Shown here: piece after piece, positions 24,101 to 38,332 of the stretch
Layout of the letters: each line of letters begins with the position of its first letter
How positions within the stretch are numbered: position 1 is the first letter of the stretch
DNA from: Chlorokybus atmophyticus
Lineage: Eukaryota > Plantae > Mesostigma and Chlorokybus algae
Length of the DNA stretch: 64,000 bases
Assembly: GCA_009103225.1 (NCBI GenBank)
Contig: RHPI01000560.1
Coordinates: forward strand, 479,465-543,464
Reading direction: 5' to 3'
Notes under the pieces: model-generated
The model's input: only the letters and a program-made list of their open reading frames with translations
Database searches by the model: none
What the model was told of the DNA's origin: nothing
Position numbers and translations under genes: made by a program

Positions 24101-25598
24101 ACCGTCCCGTGTGCGAGTGCCGAACACCTCATTCTGCAATGGCAACCCCTCTTGAGGATCATGGGCTACACGCTCAGTCAGGCAGTTTCAATGCATCCAA
24201 GCTTCATTGCCTTGCCTTGCCATACTTTGAGACCGCATGCTTGAAGAAGTTGTCGTAGAGCGTGTAGACACCAGGGTGAAACGTTGAGGACTGCAGCAAA
24301 ATGCACATATGTGCGTGAGTATGCGTGTGCATGCTCGCTGAGGAGTCCAGCAGACTCACAACAAACTCTACTCAACAACGATGACACAAGAAGTCTCGTC
24401 ACAAATGACGCTTACCAGTTCTCCATTGTTGTACTTGCTTCGCCACACACCATTCCCAACGGCAATCTGAACAAGCACACAAAACTCGCAGTAATCCACC
24501 ACATGTTGGAGCACTCTCCATCAGCACCACCAGCACCACCAGCGTTAATGTGATGCTCCATCTCACCGACTGCTGGCGCAAGGCTTTGCGCCGTCCGCGC
24601 CGCCTCAACGCACTTGTAATGCCTCCAAAGAGTGTGAGTGCACCCAGAACCAACGATGTCGCACGCTCGGTCAGGAAAGGAAGCTGCTTGAACGGCCGAG
24701 TCTTGGCTGCCTGACACAAAACACATGCTATGGTTCTGGTAAGAGCTACGTTCAGCTGCTAAGGGCACGCTTGCTTCTAGTCTGCTGCTGAGATCAAGCT
24801 AGCTCTCTCTTAGCAGCAAGCTTACGCTGCTAAGAGCAGCTTAAGCTGTTTGCAGTTTACATTGTTAGGATTAGTTACAGCTATATGGTACACACATGAA
24901 CAAGTGTCCTACCAACAGTGCAATGACGGCGTCTGAGGGGACAACAGCGCCGGGGCTGGCGCCCGCCACCTCAGCGAGACGCCCGACAGATGGCTTGAAG
25001 ATGGCAGAGTTGGCGGCCAACCAGGCCGCCACGCTCGCCGCTCGCCTGTGGGATTCGCACATGCGCATGAGTGCTTGCATGCACGCAGGTTACCACTGAG
25101 TTGGCCTGCTTGCGCATAGGTGTCAAGTAGGTGTGTGTGTTGCGGTGAGCTGGACTGATGAGATCAGTTGTTGCTTGGGCACGGCTCACCCTCAACATGC
25201 GCTGCACGCTGTTATGTGCTGTGTTAATCATGCGCAGCAGCATTTGACACGACAATTGTCGACATTCCTTGTAGACAGCTTGAGAGCCTCCATCAGGATG
25301 CCAAATCGCATACGGGCTGCTCCTTGCGCATTGCATGCATGCATGCAAAGGTGACCAGCAGTCACCCGCCATCAAGTCACACCAGCAATAACAACAAAGC
25401 CTGACATTGTGTTGTCCACGCAGTTCTACAGCATTCTCCACAGAACCCGTACCCCAAAGCCCTCACCCAAGCTGAGACACCAAGCTGCGCCTTTCCCGCC
25501 GCTCCGTGCCTCCTTCCGCCACGTCGCCGTAGGCTCTGTGACCAGCCGGCCGGCGCGGCAGCGCCAGAGGCCCGGCTGACGAGCCTCTTCCCTCCATG
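21183..25598 (-). CDS. LACS: Long-chain acyl-CoA synthetase (multi-exon)
   Basis: AMP-binding [78 protein letters not shown]. Hydrophobic N-terminal segment [19 protein letters not shown]. Start is 25598 or 25690. Confidence 0.95.
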
Positions 25599-26054
25599 GC
25601 GACGACGATGGCGGATCCGCCACCGACAACACCACCGCCACCGCTGACAACCACAACACTGACAATGCCACCAATGCGAACGCTGGCCACAATGGCAAGC
25701 AGCAGGCTGCCAACTTGGCAGTGCCAAGTGGACGGATAGTTAATGACCTAAACAACAATCTATAGACTACTTAATAAACTAAAAAACGGATATGCGACGT
25801 ATTGACGAGATTACTCGCCCAATTCTGGGGATATCAAGAGTCTCACTCGCATACGTCATCTTAGAGATGTCGAGTTGCAGGAATGATCATCCAAGATTTG
25901 GCCTGCTATCAAGGCAAGCAGTGCGATATCGAGTGCTCAAGTGTGCAGCGAGTGCAGAGTCTGACTGGAGTCCGGCAAACACAACCAAAAAGGTGGTTGC
26001 GTTTTGTTTGAGTGAGAGCAGAGCAGAGCGTTGTTTGGTTGAGTTGGGCGACAT

Positions 26055-28618
26055 GGAGACGGAGGTGCAGGAGGAGGTGAACGCCATCCTGCGGCGGCTG
26101 CTTGCGACGCCCACGCCGGCGGCTGGGTCAGTCAACACTGGTCCTGGTGTTGAGGCGGAGGACAGCTGGGCGGAGGATGGTGGAACAGTGGCGCAGGTAA
26201 GGGAGAGTGTCAGTGTGAGTGACAGAGAGCAGTGCGTGCAAGCAGAGAAGTTGAGACTGTGTGTTGGTTATGGTGTACTTACGTGCACTGGGGCGAGTAA
26301 GCTCTGACTTCATTTTGATGTACATCGCACTGTGAAAGCTATGAGCAGTCTGGTGTACACACGCAGGACTGCGCAATGTGCAAGTCTCAGTTATGTTATA
26401 ACTCGTGGCTGCGCTAAGATGACTCAACGCGTGTGATGGTACAGCGGGTGAGCGAAAAGCCCACCAAAACTACTGCTACTACCAGTAGCACGGTCGTAGC
26501 AAAGAGCAAGATTAAGCCAGCATCAAGGTATGCGTGTAAGCAGCATGCACACGCTGTGGAAGTGCCAAATGGTTTGTGATTGCCTGCGTGCAAGCATGCG
26601 TATGCGCACACAAGCACACCCACGCACCCAATGACTGTGTACATGCGCGCACGCAGGGACTCGCAAAGACGTGTGCATGCATGTATGTTGACTTGCTTAC
26701 GCAGTCAGTGAGCACAAACTCTGTGCACACGCACGTGTGAACGCATGTATGTATGCACTTACACGCACACGTGCACATACTCACGCACGTGTGGATGCAC
26801 GCACTTAACAAGCGAGCGCGCATACTCACACGCGCACATGTCCATGCCATGGATGGACACATCCATGGCAGCGCACACATGCAAGTGTGTATGCAAGCAC
26901 TTATGTATACCAATGCAGACCCGCCAGCGCTCGCAGCATAGCATCACGCCCAGCGTCCGCGCGCTCCGCAGCCACAGTAGCAGACAGGTGAATTAGTTTG
27001 TAAGGCACTGAGTGTCATGCAACATACACACACGTGCGCGCACTCACGCACGCACCCGCACAAAGCAACCTGACCGGCGTTGCACTCCCATTTGTGGCAG
27101 CATCAATGTCATCGATGACTTGGAAAGCCACCTTAACCCAGGCGAGCACACATGTGTATGTCACGACAATAACATGTCTCATACCATTGTGTAAGCATCA
27201 CAGTACAACACGTTGATACTTGCTGTGTTGTGATTATGCAGAAGCTGCTGTGCGGCTGTGGCGAGCAAAATGCCAATCTTTGCAAGAAGACTTGACTCAT
27301 GCTCAGCAAGAGCTTGCCGACAAGGTTTGATTCAAAAGCTGTTTGATAGTGGCGTGCTACAAGCATAGCAATTCAGTTGTGTGTTAGCTGTCAAACTGTA
27401 TTGATTTCCTCATAAACCAACCACTCAACCACCAGGACAAGAAGGTGCTGGCGCTGGAGAAGGAGGTCAAGTCCCTCTTGACAGAGAAGCAAGCGCACCA
27501 GCGCACCCTCGCCACCACCGAGGTGATCAGTGCGTGGCATGTGTGCGAGCGGCATGTGCACGTGTTCTTGCGTGCGTGCGTGCACAGGAGTGCCTGCATG
27601 TCCACCCACACGTGCAGTGTAACCCAACTGAAGTCATCATGAAGGCAATTTGTCTGAGAGTTATTACATTAAAACCTGTGACACAGGACAAGCTGGAGAA
27701 GCAGAGACGGGCACTGGATGAAGCCAAGGCGGCGGTGGAGGCTAAAGACAGAGCCAACTCTCAACTTCAGCAGGTTGCTTTCCATCACAATGCCAACACG
27801 ATACTTGCCGTTGAGACTCTTTGTGCTGTCAAGTGATGGCACGGCAGCTCTTACTTATCTGGTAAACATACAGGAGTTAGACAGACTCGCACGCAGCCAG
27901 AAGCAGACGGAAGCAGATATAAAAGCCCGAGACACGAGGTGTGCATGCGGACATGTGTGCTCGAGCATGTGCATTTATGCTTGCATGCATGCACATGCAC
28001 GATTCTTCTTGTATGCGTGGACATACATGAAGCGTTCGTGTGCTTGTGCACGTGCAGATGTGTGTTCATGTGTAGTCGCAAGGGTGCATCCGTTTACTGC
28101 GATGAGCTTCGATGAGGGGTCTGCTTAGCCCGTCTGTTTCAGGTTACAGCGGGCGTTGGAGGAGGTGGAAAGAGGCCGCAAGGCGTTATTAGATGCAAAG
28201 ACGAACGACGGGTCAGGTGATGGCAAGGGAGGGAGCAAGGATGTTGTCCCACGAAAGGAGTACGAGAGGATGGTTAATGAAGGCAGACGAACGGCGAGGC
28301 AAAAGACGGAGCTGCTAGCGGCTTTCAAGAAGCAACTGAAACTCATTGATGTGCTCAAACGACAAAAGGTAGTTCTTGCTGTAGCGCATATCCACACGCA
28401 CGCACATGCACACGCACGCACATTCATGTGTATCTACACACACATGTGTGCGTGTCTGGTGTCTATATGCGCATCTGTAAAGGTGTACAAACATGTGTCT
28501 GGTGCAGATGCATCTAGAGGCGGGGAGGATGATTGCGTTCACTGAGGAGGAGTTTGCCAAGGCGTGTGAGATTATGAACACGGGAGCGGCGGCGTCAATA
28601 AAAGTGCAATCGCGGTGA
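26055..28618 (+). CDS. TEX9: TEX9-like ciliary/basal-body coiled-coil protein (multi-exon)
   Basis: C-terminus LQRALEEVE...QKTELLAAFKKQLKLIDVLKRQK|MHLEAGRMIAFTEEEFAKA matches the conserved TEX9 C-terminus; preceding exons are coiled-coil. Confidence 0.85.
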
Positions 28619-29331
28619 CGGAGCTCTTCATCTTGCGGTACTTAGCATATGTATGTACATACTCGGGTAGATGGTGGTAGGGATTTGAGTTTAAGGAAGT
28701 AACGGTAAGTATTACAACAGGGATATTAGCCTAGTCTTATTATAATTTATTTGACAGTTGAGAGTCATGAGACCACGTAAGTTCTTCTCAGTTACGTATG
28801 CACACATTGGCCGTTTCACGCACAACGTACGTGGGTAGGATAGCATTCACTTGCAATTCTAACACGTACTAATTCATGTGGTGTACACTTGCATGTAGCG
28901 CAACAGCGTAGTAAAGTTTGTGATTTCATTCATATAACACAACACTTGAGAACAAATGTGCCATTTATACCAACATCATTCATTCGGTAAACTTTGGCAC
29001 AAGTATGAACATGAAATCGTGTGTGGTAAAATTGATTTTCAATGCCTTATGCAAGCTTACATTACACTTTTACAATGATACAATAAATCTTGTGATATAA
29101 ATCCTTAGTGTCTTATGTTATACAACGTAAGGCATACACTTGGTTTGACATACATGAAGCGTGCGTATGTGTGCAATCTTCATTTGGGGTATATTCCAGT
29201 TTTCTTTGTGCTTTAATGAACCCAGGGAACTTATAAAGCAGCTTCATACCCAAGTAAGCATTATGAACACAATGTTACGTATCGTGATCGTCATCTTCCG
29301 CACATTGTATCTACTTCGATGCCCCCCCCCC

Positions 29332-29767
29332 NNNNNNNNNNNNNNNNNNNNNNNNNNNNNNNNNNNNNNNNNNNNNNNNNNNNNNNNNNNNNNNNNNNNN
29401 NNNNNNNNNNNNNNNNNNNNNNNNNNNNNNNNNNNNNNNNNNNNNNNNNNNNNNNNNNNNNNNNNNNNNNNNNNNNNNNNNNNNNNNNNNNNNNNNNNNN
29501 NNNNNNNNNNNNNNNNNNNNNNNNNNNNNNNNNNNNNNNNNNNNNNNNNNNNNNNNNNNNNNNNNNNNNNNNNNNNNNNNNNNNNNNNNNNNNNNNNNNN
29601 NNNNNNNNNNNNNNNNNNNNNNNNNNNNNNNNNNNNNNNNNNNNNNNNNNNNNNNNNNNNNNNNNNNNNNNNNNNNNNNNNNNNNNNNNNNNNNNNNNNN
29701 NNNNNNNNNNNNNNNNNNNNNNNNNNNNNNNNNNNNNNNNNNNNNNNNNNNNNNNNNNNNNNNNNNN
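29332..29767. other. Assembly gap (N run) preceded by poly-C
   Basis: 436 Ns in the sequence. Confidence 1.
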
Positions 29768-30204
29768 CATCATTCTGGACAGCCCCCCCCTTTGATTATT
29801 TGTTATAGAAGGGAAACAATTGAGTCCAGAATAGATTTACGAAGGGGAAAGCACAATAACGTCTGGGGGGAAGACCTCGTATAGAGTAAATAAGAAAAGC
29901 TAAGTTGAAAATATTGATATGAATCTGTGACAATAATGCTCTCATGACGGATGTCGCAAGTTTTAATTGATGCATTTGATACTGCAAGCTCTCATGGTCC
30001 CAGTGACGCGCTATGTATGGTAGGAATCTATTCGTATTTGCACCCAAGGTTGTTTCAACCAATTGTCACCAATGAGATAAAGCTTGAGACAACTCCCAAA
30101 TCAATTCAAGACACTGACGACATTCTGGTAGGGCGACCCTACAGCCTACAACTCGTACACTTGGGTTACACGTTAGCTACACCTTGATAAAGTGGCAAGC
30201 TCTG

Positions 30205-30208
<4 letters not shown>

Positions 30209-30252
<44 letters not shown>
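30209..30252 (+). repeat. (GA)n microsatellite
   Basis: Perfect GA dinucleotide run upstream of the RUS gene. Confidence 0.95.
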
Positions 30253-30255
<3 letters not shown>

Positions 30256-30458
30256 GGAGCTGACAGCAGCACCTGTGACTCACAGGCCGCCTGTGTGCCA
30301 AGTTGGCACTGCCACGGCGAAGAGCGCTAATTTTGCAACACGTCACTCACGACGCAGTGGGCTAGCTGGCGGCGGCGGCGGCGGCGGCGCGGGCAGGGGC
30401 GATGTGGTCAGGAAAGTAGCTTAGCCATTTGCTTACCAAGCAGTAATTCTATCTCCCC

Positions 30459-33400
30459 ATGGGCTCGGATGATCCCTTGGCGCCGGTGGTGCAGCACCTG
30501 GAGGAGCTCGTCCGGGGTGTGCAGCGCCACCTGCAGGGCCTGGCTGAGGAGCAGGCCGCTAGGAGGAGCAGGAGGAGACGGCGGCGCGGACCGCAGCTTG
30601 AGGACGAGTCGCTGGGAAGGGGTTCTGACACCGGAGCGGACGGTGCCTGCTGCTCCTCCTCGTCCTCTGCAGTGAGGACACGACGACGGCTGTTTGCTTC
30701 AGCTTCGTCAAGCTTGAATGGCCATGAGCAGGTGGGTGGGTTGGCCTGGTTGGTCAATACGGAATTGGTCAGTTAGCAATTGACGTGATTGTCACTTATG
30801 TTAGCAGGTGGTTTGGTTAGCCTAATTGGTTAGTGCACAGTCGATGATGAGGTCAATTGCGCTAAGAGTGTCCTGGACTGAATGTGGATTGTTCAGTATG
30901 CCGACCCATTATAACATACAGCGCAACAATATTGCTTAATCCTTGTATTAGAATAGCGTTTGCCTATATACTGCCATGCAATTTCCGCGCATGCTTCCCA
31001 TTGTCAGTGAATAGCAACAGCCGTTGCACAACAACTTTGATTGGCTTCTTGCTGTACTTATCAATGCACAACCTTCAGTCATGCTGAGACAGTACTAAGT
31101 TGAATGGACACGTCGGTACTTCTGAACTTCAGTCTTGCGCATTGTTGGGCGCGCGCGTGCATGCATTTGCGTGTGCGCATGTGTATGTGCACTCAACTCA
31201 ATCTCTAGTCCACCAACTCAAACTCAGCCTCTTTTATTTCAGCAGCTTCCAGGCCATGCAGAGCAGAGTCTTCAGCTTCTTCCTGTGTGGGAGAAGGAGG
31301 GCCACAGGCAGAGGCAGTACGCGTGGGACGGACGACAGCTGCTTGTGCTTGAACCCCACCAGTTGCAACACAACGGAAGTGAAGCCAATGGTGATCATGA
31401 CAGTCAACGAGCGAAATCAAACAACAAAGACGTTGCGTGGTTTGCGAGACTCCCGCCACGACTGGACCGTCCCGCAAGACGACTTGTGCGTAGCTTACAG
31501 GTAACATCAGCTGTTTTTGTGTAGACGGTGTGTGCACATGTGTATGTGTATAGACAACCATGATGCATTGTCCCCTCCCAAGCTTGAAACTTTTGCATTA
31601 TACACAGGAAGCATTCTTTCCCGACAGCTCGAGTGTGACGCCCGACTACTGGTTGCACATCAAGTGGAAGTTTGCGCAGCGTGTTCTATCGTCCCTCATC
31701 GGCGTGTTTGCCACGCAAGCGATGCTGTACGCGGTCGGCGTGGGCGCCAAACGCACACTCCCGGCTGCAGCGGCGCTCAATTGGGTACTCAAAGACGGAC
31801 TCGGCCGGCTTGGGAAGCTTGTCGTGGCAGCCAACTGTGGCCGCTCCTTCGATAAGGATTTGAAGGTGATAAGTCATGTACACAGAAGTACATGCACTTG
31901 CTCATACGCAAATGACTACAACACACCTGAACAGACACATGGCTGTGAGATCTATGTACACACTTACGCACGTGTGTGTGCGTGCACGCACGCGTGTGTG
32001 CATGCGCACGCTCGCGCACGCGCGCCCTTTCAAGTATGGACATTCATGAGTACCTATTTCTTGTGCATGCACGACACACGCATCGGACGAGACACGAACA
32101 ATATCATGCGCAAGCGTGTCTACACGCACGGACGTGATCGTGCACACTGGTGCGTGTGCACGCATGCATATGTGCGTATGTGTCAGCGGTCGTTCTTATT
32201 CTCTGTTGCTGCCAGCGTTCACGGTTTCTCGCGGCCATAGCGTACACTGGAAGCGAGGGCCTGGAGATAATCACCCCTCTGTTTCCAGGGTACTTTCTAC
32301 CTATTGCCACGCTGGCTAACGTTGGCAAGAGTATTGGACTGGTGACATACTTGGCCACCAATGTAAGCAGTTTCAAGCACAACCACACTATTGTACCACA
32401 TCAACAAGTTATACTGATCATGTTGGTTTGCAGCCTCCTTTTATGAAGACCTTTGCTTTGGAGGAGAATCTGGGCGACATCACCGCAAAGGGACAGGTGA
32501 GAGACACTCACTACAGCTTCCACCACGCAGTGTGTGACCATGTGTTGATGTGCTTTCCCGTGCAGGCGCAAATTGTTCTCGCGGACAACCTCGGGTTGGG
32601 TTTGGCTGTGATGGCGAGCCACGCAGTGCGCAATCACCCGCATCTGCACAAGCTGCTGCCGCTCGTGTCGTACCCGGTCCTCGCCTGCATGGAGGTCTTC
32701 ACAATGTACCACGAGTTGAAGTGCGTGCAGCTTCGCTCTCTCAACCAGGTTGGTGTGTGAGGGGAGTTTTGTGGCATTCATGTACAGCTTAACATTGACC
32801 GTGAACGATGTTGGCGGGACTAACAACCATCAAGAGTGCAATACAAGCGTCTTGTTGCTTGTGCACGCGCTTGTGCTTGCGCGCGCGCGCGCGTGACTTG
32901 GTTGTGATGGCCATGGTGGGTGGGGCCAACATAACCATCACGTGTGTACAGGAGCGTCTTGAGATCATTGCGGCACATTGGTTGGATCGAGGTGAGGTTC
33001 CGTCCGCGCTCGAAGTGTCGCGCGCAGAGAGATTGTTTCTTCCGGCGCACATCGAAGTCACCACAAAGCTGCCCGTACGCGTGGCGCCTTTGCAGGCCTC
33101 CGCACGCTCCCCGCAAGAGCTGTTAGATCTCCTTGGCAAGTACCGAAACAACAGGTAGACACGCATGCTGATGTTGGAAGTGCGAATTGCATGAGACGGT
33201 CTTTGATGACATGTATGCAACCGCAGGCACATTCTTTCGTACCAAATTGCGCCAGCAGGTCCTCATCTGGCACCGCTGCGCATAGGCGGCGGCTGGCCGG
33301 GCCGACCGCGCCACCACACCCGTTTGACCCTTTCCTTCCGTGAGGACTCCAAGTCTGGTGACGCTCTTCTCGGCATCTTACAGGTACATCTTTACCTTCA

Positions 33401-33781
33401 GAGTGTGTGCGCACGTGTCCGTGTGTGCGCGCGCGCGTGTGTGTGCGCAAGTTTGCGCGAACCCAGGTTTGCATTGTGCGTGTGCGTGTCTGCGCGCAGG
33501 TGCCTGTCTATGTACTTGTAGTACTTGCTTGTGCAAGTCCGTGATGTGACTATCTCAACTCGCAGGCTTCCTGTTTGAGGCGCATGCTTGCAGCGTCTGC
33601 CACAAGCGGGGTTGTATCCGAGGATCGCAAGAGCGAGTTGTTGAGTTTGAGCCTAGAGCAGGCGGAGAAGCTGCTTCCGGAGTTTGTGGCATCGCTGAAG
33701 CACACAGGATGGAAAACCGGTCAGGTGGTGATTGCCCCGCGAGAGAGGACAGGTTACAGTGTAGCAGCGCCTTCTCATTGA
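30459..33781 (+). CDS. ROOT UVB SENSITIVE (RUS/DUF647) family protein, RUS4-like (multi-exon)
   Basis: SVTPDYWLHIKWKFAQRVLSSLIGVFATQAMLYAVGVG..AAALNWVLKDGLGRLGK..FDKDLK, LEIITPLFPGYFLPIATLANVGKSIG, FALEENLGDITAKGQAQ, LNQERL. Confidence 0.9.
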
Positions 33782-34009
33782 GCGTTTGCTCGCTGTGTGC
33801 GAATTGGCAGGCTTGTGATAGGATTGCTATTGCAAGTTAGAGTGCAAGTGGATACCTCACTCAACAACAACAATTGTCGCCTGCCTGCGTGGCAAGGCTT
33901 ACATGCTGAAACAGACTGCGGCTGCTACCATGAAACGTGGTTTCTCACTAGTGCCTGCAGCCTCACTTGAGGGCAAGGTTGCACAACTAATTTGAGAGTT
34001 TGTCATGAA

Positions 34010-37000
34010 TCAAGTGCTCAAGTGCTCAAGTGCTTGAACTGTCCTGTCTAACCCTAATCCAAGGCCTACTGTTTTGGCCTGCAGCCGTTGTTGTGAGTTG
34101 CGTGCCAGGAACAAGGACGTCCACGCAGCTTCCGGCGGTGGGGGCTGGTCGTCGTCATCAGCACTATCGTCGTCATCCTTGCCATCCTTGCCATCCTTGC
34201 CGTCCAGTGTCACATTGCCTCACCCAAGCCTTTGCCTGCCTCCTACCTTGTGCAGGTAGTTTGGCAGGGCCATCATAGCTGCTACTGCCTGCCTACTGCC
34301 TGCCTCACTGCCTGCCTTGCATGCACATAGGTCCAGCCCCATAGCTAGCTAGTTGTATGTGCCTTGTGGTGCTCTATATTGCTTTGGTTGTTGTGTGTCT
34401 GCTTGTTTGCTTGTGGCCCCTCTGTTATACCCTATGAATGGTTGTTGAGGTAATCAGAGCAAAGTCTGAGTGCAGGCTGGACTTGCAGAGCAGGCGGTGG
34501 GCCAAATAGGCCTAGCGGATGAAACTAAAAACTTTCATAAAATTCCTCCGTGCATGGTCGGCAGTTGCTATGCACAGGCAGCGCACATGATGTTATGCTT
34601 GTGGCAGGGGCACTGTACACGCATACACAGCGTTATTGCTGCGCGAGTTTGGCTTCAGCATTGCTTGCCAGTGGAGTAGCTTAATGCCGTTGTTGCTAAG
34701 AGATCGGTATGCAAATAGCATCCCACCCGGGCTGTGGTTGTGGACAATGTATGATGCCACTAGTAGAGCTTTACGTGATCCTCGGGGCGGGAGTACATGT
34801 ATTCGAGCAAACACATAGGCGCAATTTCTCCAATCATTACCCAGATGACAATGTCCGAGTGCATTTGGCGCGTGTACCCTCGCACACCACCATTTTTGTC
34901 TAACTGGGTGATCGAGTGATGTTCATATGTGGATGGGTGCGCGCATTGTTAGAACATGCACTGTGTTGTGCCAATAGTAACACATCACTCACTATGCACT
35001 GCTCCCTGAGGCGGCAAGCCTCATGCGAGCGCCTGCCCCATGGCAACTAGCTTCAACTACGTCCAGTGCATACAATACATCTCGATCTATGATACTTGCA
35101 GTGATCTCGCTCAAACGGCCATTGACCGCGATGGTGCAGACCAAAACATAGCTGTCAACTAGGTGCAGAAGCAGCTGTCAGCAACAAGGAGATCGTAGGT
35201 CGCACATATGCTACGTGCTCGCTTTACAAACACACAAGCTACGACTCCAACAGCACACACGACCATAATCTCCATTCACCAGCGTAAATCTTTCACCAAC
35301 CAATGGAATGACGTGCCACAGCACACACAACCCAGTCTAGCATAGATTACAACCTGCGTCGTCCCTTCAACCATCATCATCACCATCATTAACTAGTACC
35401 GGTATCCCCGCGGACAACCTCTTGCACAACTGCGTGCCAGCTTGCAAGCAGCTCATTATTGTCAGTCTGACCAAAGCTCCCGCCTGGAAGCAGCGCCCTC
35501 ATGTCCAGACCCCTCGACTGCGAATCCCGCAAGACCTGAATTGCAAGACAACATAAGCACCACAGACGCACACAAGCACACACATACATTTGGAGCGTGT
35601 ACATGCATGCACACCCACCCCTGATGGCACATACCCTTGCATGCGCTCTTGCACTCAATGGACACTTACATGTTTGCAGGTTGTGCGATCACTCCAGCCG
35701 TGTTCATGTTCTCCCACAAGCATCAGTTGCGCTCTCATGCTGTTGTCCACAAACACGGCCTTGTTAACAGCCTCCAGCACTTCTGTGGGTGCAGTGTAAC
35801 CGGTAGGAAGACTGTTGACCGTCCCATTGGCATCTTCAACATAAGAGCGCAAGAGCACCGCCGCAGCACACCAGCGCAGCTTTGCAATCGCATCCAACAC
35901 ATCATTCTGGACAGTTGCTTGCGTTGTGGGCGTTGCGAATATCACGCCAATCAGCTGTTGAACATGTAAAGCGCAAAACTTAGCATCAAAGTTGTATGCG
36001 TAAGCAAGGTTGTATGCGCACGTGCGTGTGAATGTTGTGCATATGCATGTGTACACTGTACGCACATTTGCTGGTTGGTCTGTGAGCATAATGTGGTGCG
36101 GATGTGAGCCTGGGAACGTGGGTGCCTCGCATGCGAGCATGCGGGTGAACTCGCAGACCATCAGGCGGCCAGCTGCGTCATTATTCACGCAGAACAGCGG
36201 CCCATTTGGAAGGTTTGCTGCCAGTCCGTCCACCACTAAAACGTGCTGCAACCCCAAGTACGCATCATACGCCTGCCAACAACAGCACCCAACACAACTT
36301 CTTCCTGAGTACCTGATGACTGTTCATCAATTGCCTGACAAAGTACACAACACTGGGATAGTGCAGTTGGCTTGATAACCAACCAAGTCAACTGCACCAA
36401 CTTTGTGTTGGGTTTCAACAACATATTACAGCGTATTTACAACGCAGGACTGAATGACAGTTGGGACGCCACTTTACTTTGGGTTGCACGACTAACAGGT
36501 AGTTAAGGGTTGATGCACAGCAACCCAACACAGCTTCTACCTTGTACAGGCCAGCCTCAATGGCTCGTGGCAGCCTGCCGGCCTTGTATGTGGGATGGAC
36601 GTTGTCGAGCTGCTCGTTCGGGTGCATGCGCACTTTGTAGTCCCGCACTTCGTACGCCGCCACCTTGTGGCTGGGAAAGTACCCGAGCATTTGCGTCTCG
36701 CCCGCATCAGAGCAGAGACCGAAGGCGTCCCAGGTATCCGTCTGATGGAGAAAGCGCGGCTGCATGGCAACACTTGAGTTTATGAAAGAATTGAATGCTT
36801 ACAAGCTATGTGGTGCTGGACACACACGAGGTACCTGATTGAGAGCGCGATGCTTGTGGTCTGGGTATAATGTAATTGAGTTGGGTCCGTAAGGAAAGGG
36901 GGAGATGGTAGCTTGCTGCCAGACAGTAGTGTACATCTGCGCATGAATGAGAGAAAGCCCAAACTTAAAACTGGAATAATCCAGAGAGCGTGCAAACATC

Positions 37001-38332
37001 AATACCACCACCACCAACAACAACAACTGCAGCAGCCACAGCCACAGCAAGACCACCAGCAGTATAATAGCAACAGCAGCAACAACAACAATGATGACTG
37101 AATTTGTACTCACTGTGTCCCGTCCTTCGTTGTCATTGGTTGTGTTCCACATAACTGCCATGAGGCGTTCTTCGTCCCCGTGCGTGATCGGAAGCAATCG
37201 CTTGTCCATAAAGACTCGGGCTCGGCACATGGCCGCCGCCTCACTCAAGCCCGGCACTGGCTGCACCTGTTGATAATTCGGGTTGCAATGACCATGTGTG
37301 AATGACCGTGATTGAGTTATTGATTGTGTATACGCACTTCCTGTAATAGTTTGGGCATCTCTTCCTTGAAGAAGGCTTGGTAGTTGGACCATTGTGTCCA
37401 TTGCCACGTCTCGGGCGCCAGGTACAGCTGTCGGGGTAACTGGTCTGTTCTGTTCTGCGCAAGGCGCATGTTGATAAAACGTGGGGGAGCTGCTTTATTG
37501 TTTCCTTGGTAGTAATCGCCTGCTTGCTTGGCTTACCAACAAGATGTGTCGCACAGCCACCATTACCGAGGACTCGTAATATGCTAGCGGATCGCCCAGC
37601 ATCGCCCGGATGAAGCTGTCCGTGTCACGGCGGGCCTCCCATGGGTTGGTACCGACATACCTGTAAGCAAGCAAAGCAACTCAAGCTGGTGAGGGCCATC
37701 CAGTATTAGGCGGCTTGTGTAGCTTGCGAGGGCCATTCATGGATAATTGCATCGCTTACATTTTTCTTCGCCATTGCTCGGGCTCCACATCCGTGTACTC
37801 ATGCGGCAGCTGCCTGCAACACACATGCACACAAACCCTTCGCATTCTGGCCCAGTTCAACGCTCACGACCAAAATTACGATATCTCACAACACCACAAC
37901 ACACTTGTGATCGCACTGACCACTGAGGCTACCCGCTTTGCGCACAACATCAACAAAAACACAACAACAAATGTGGTTGAGCCATAGCCCAGCTTGGCGG
38001 ATTCTCCCACCAGGCTTGTGCTTGCATGCAATCTATCGTGCCAACTCAATGCTTTGGTAGTTCATGTGCAGCCCAGTCAACGTAGCACACAGTGAAGCAT
38101 TGCAACTCAGAGCTTGCCTGGTCCAGTGGGCATAGCTGGGCGACTCCCAGACGGAGTAGTCGCCGTCGGGGTCCAGCCGCTTGCATGCCCTGGCTTCGTC
38201 GTCATCAGCAACCTGATCATCTTGGAGTTGCCGTCGCTGCTGCTGCTGGGATAGGGGCCTGGAGGCGGCGGTACTGCTGAAGCTGCCCGCCGCCGTCAGC
38301 GCCAGGACCAGCAGTACCAGGACACTTGGCAT
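34010..38332 (-). CDS. Hypothetical multi-exon protein with signal peptide; may be more than one gene
   Basis: N-terminal MPSVLVLLVLALTAAGSFSSTAA, followed by a series of GT-AG-bounded coding-like exons (e.g. YVGTNPWEARRDTDSFIRAMLGDP, TWDAFGLCSDAGETQMLGYFPSHKVAAYEVRDYK). No family recognised. Confidence 0.45.

Noticed and set aside
24819-24848. 9-bp inverted repeat CTTAGCAGC/GCTGCTAAG in a LACS intron
   Set aside because: A single short hairpin in low-complexity AGCT-rich sequence is expected by chance.
28620-30200. AT-rich DNA around the N gap as foreign or organellar sequence
   Set aside because: No recognisable ORF or RNA gene, and the gap hides most of the context.
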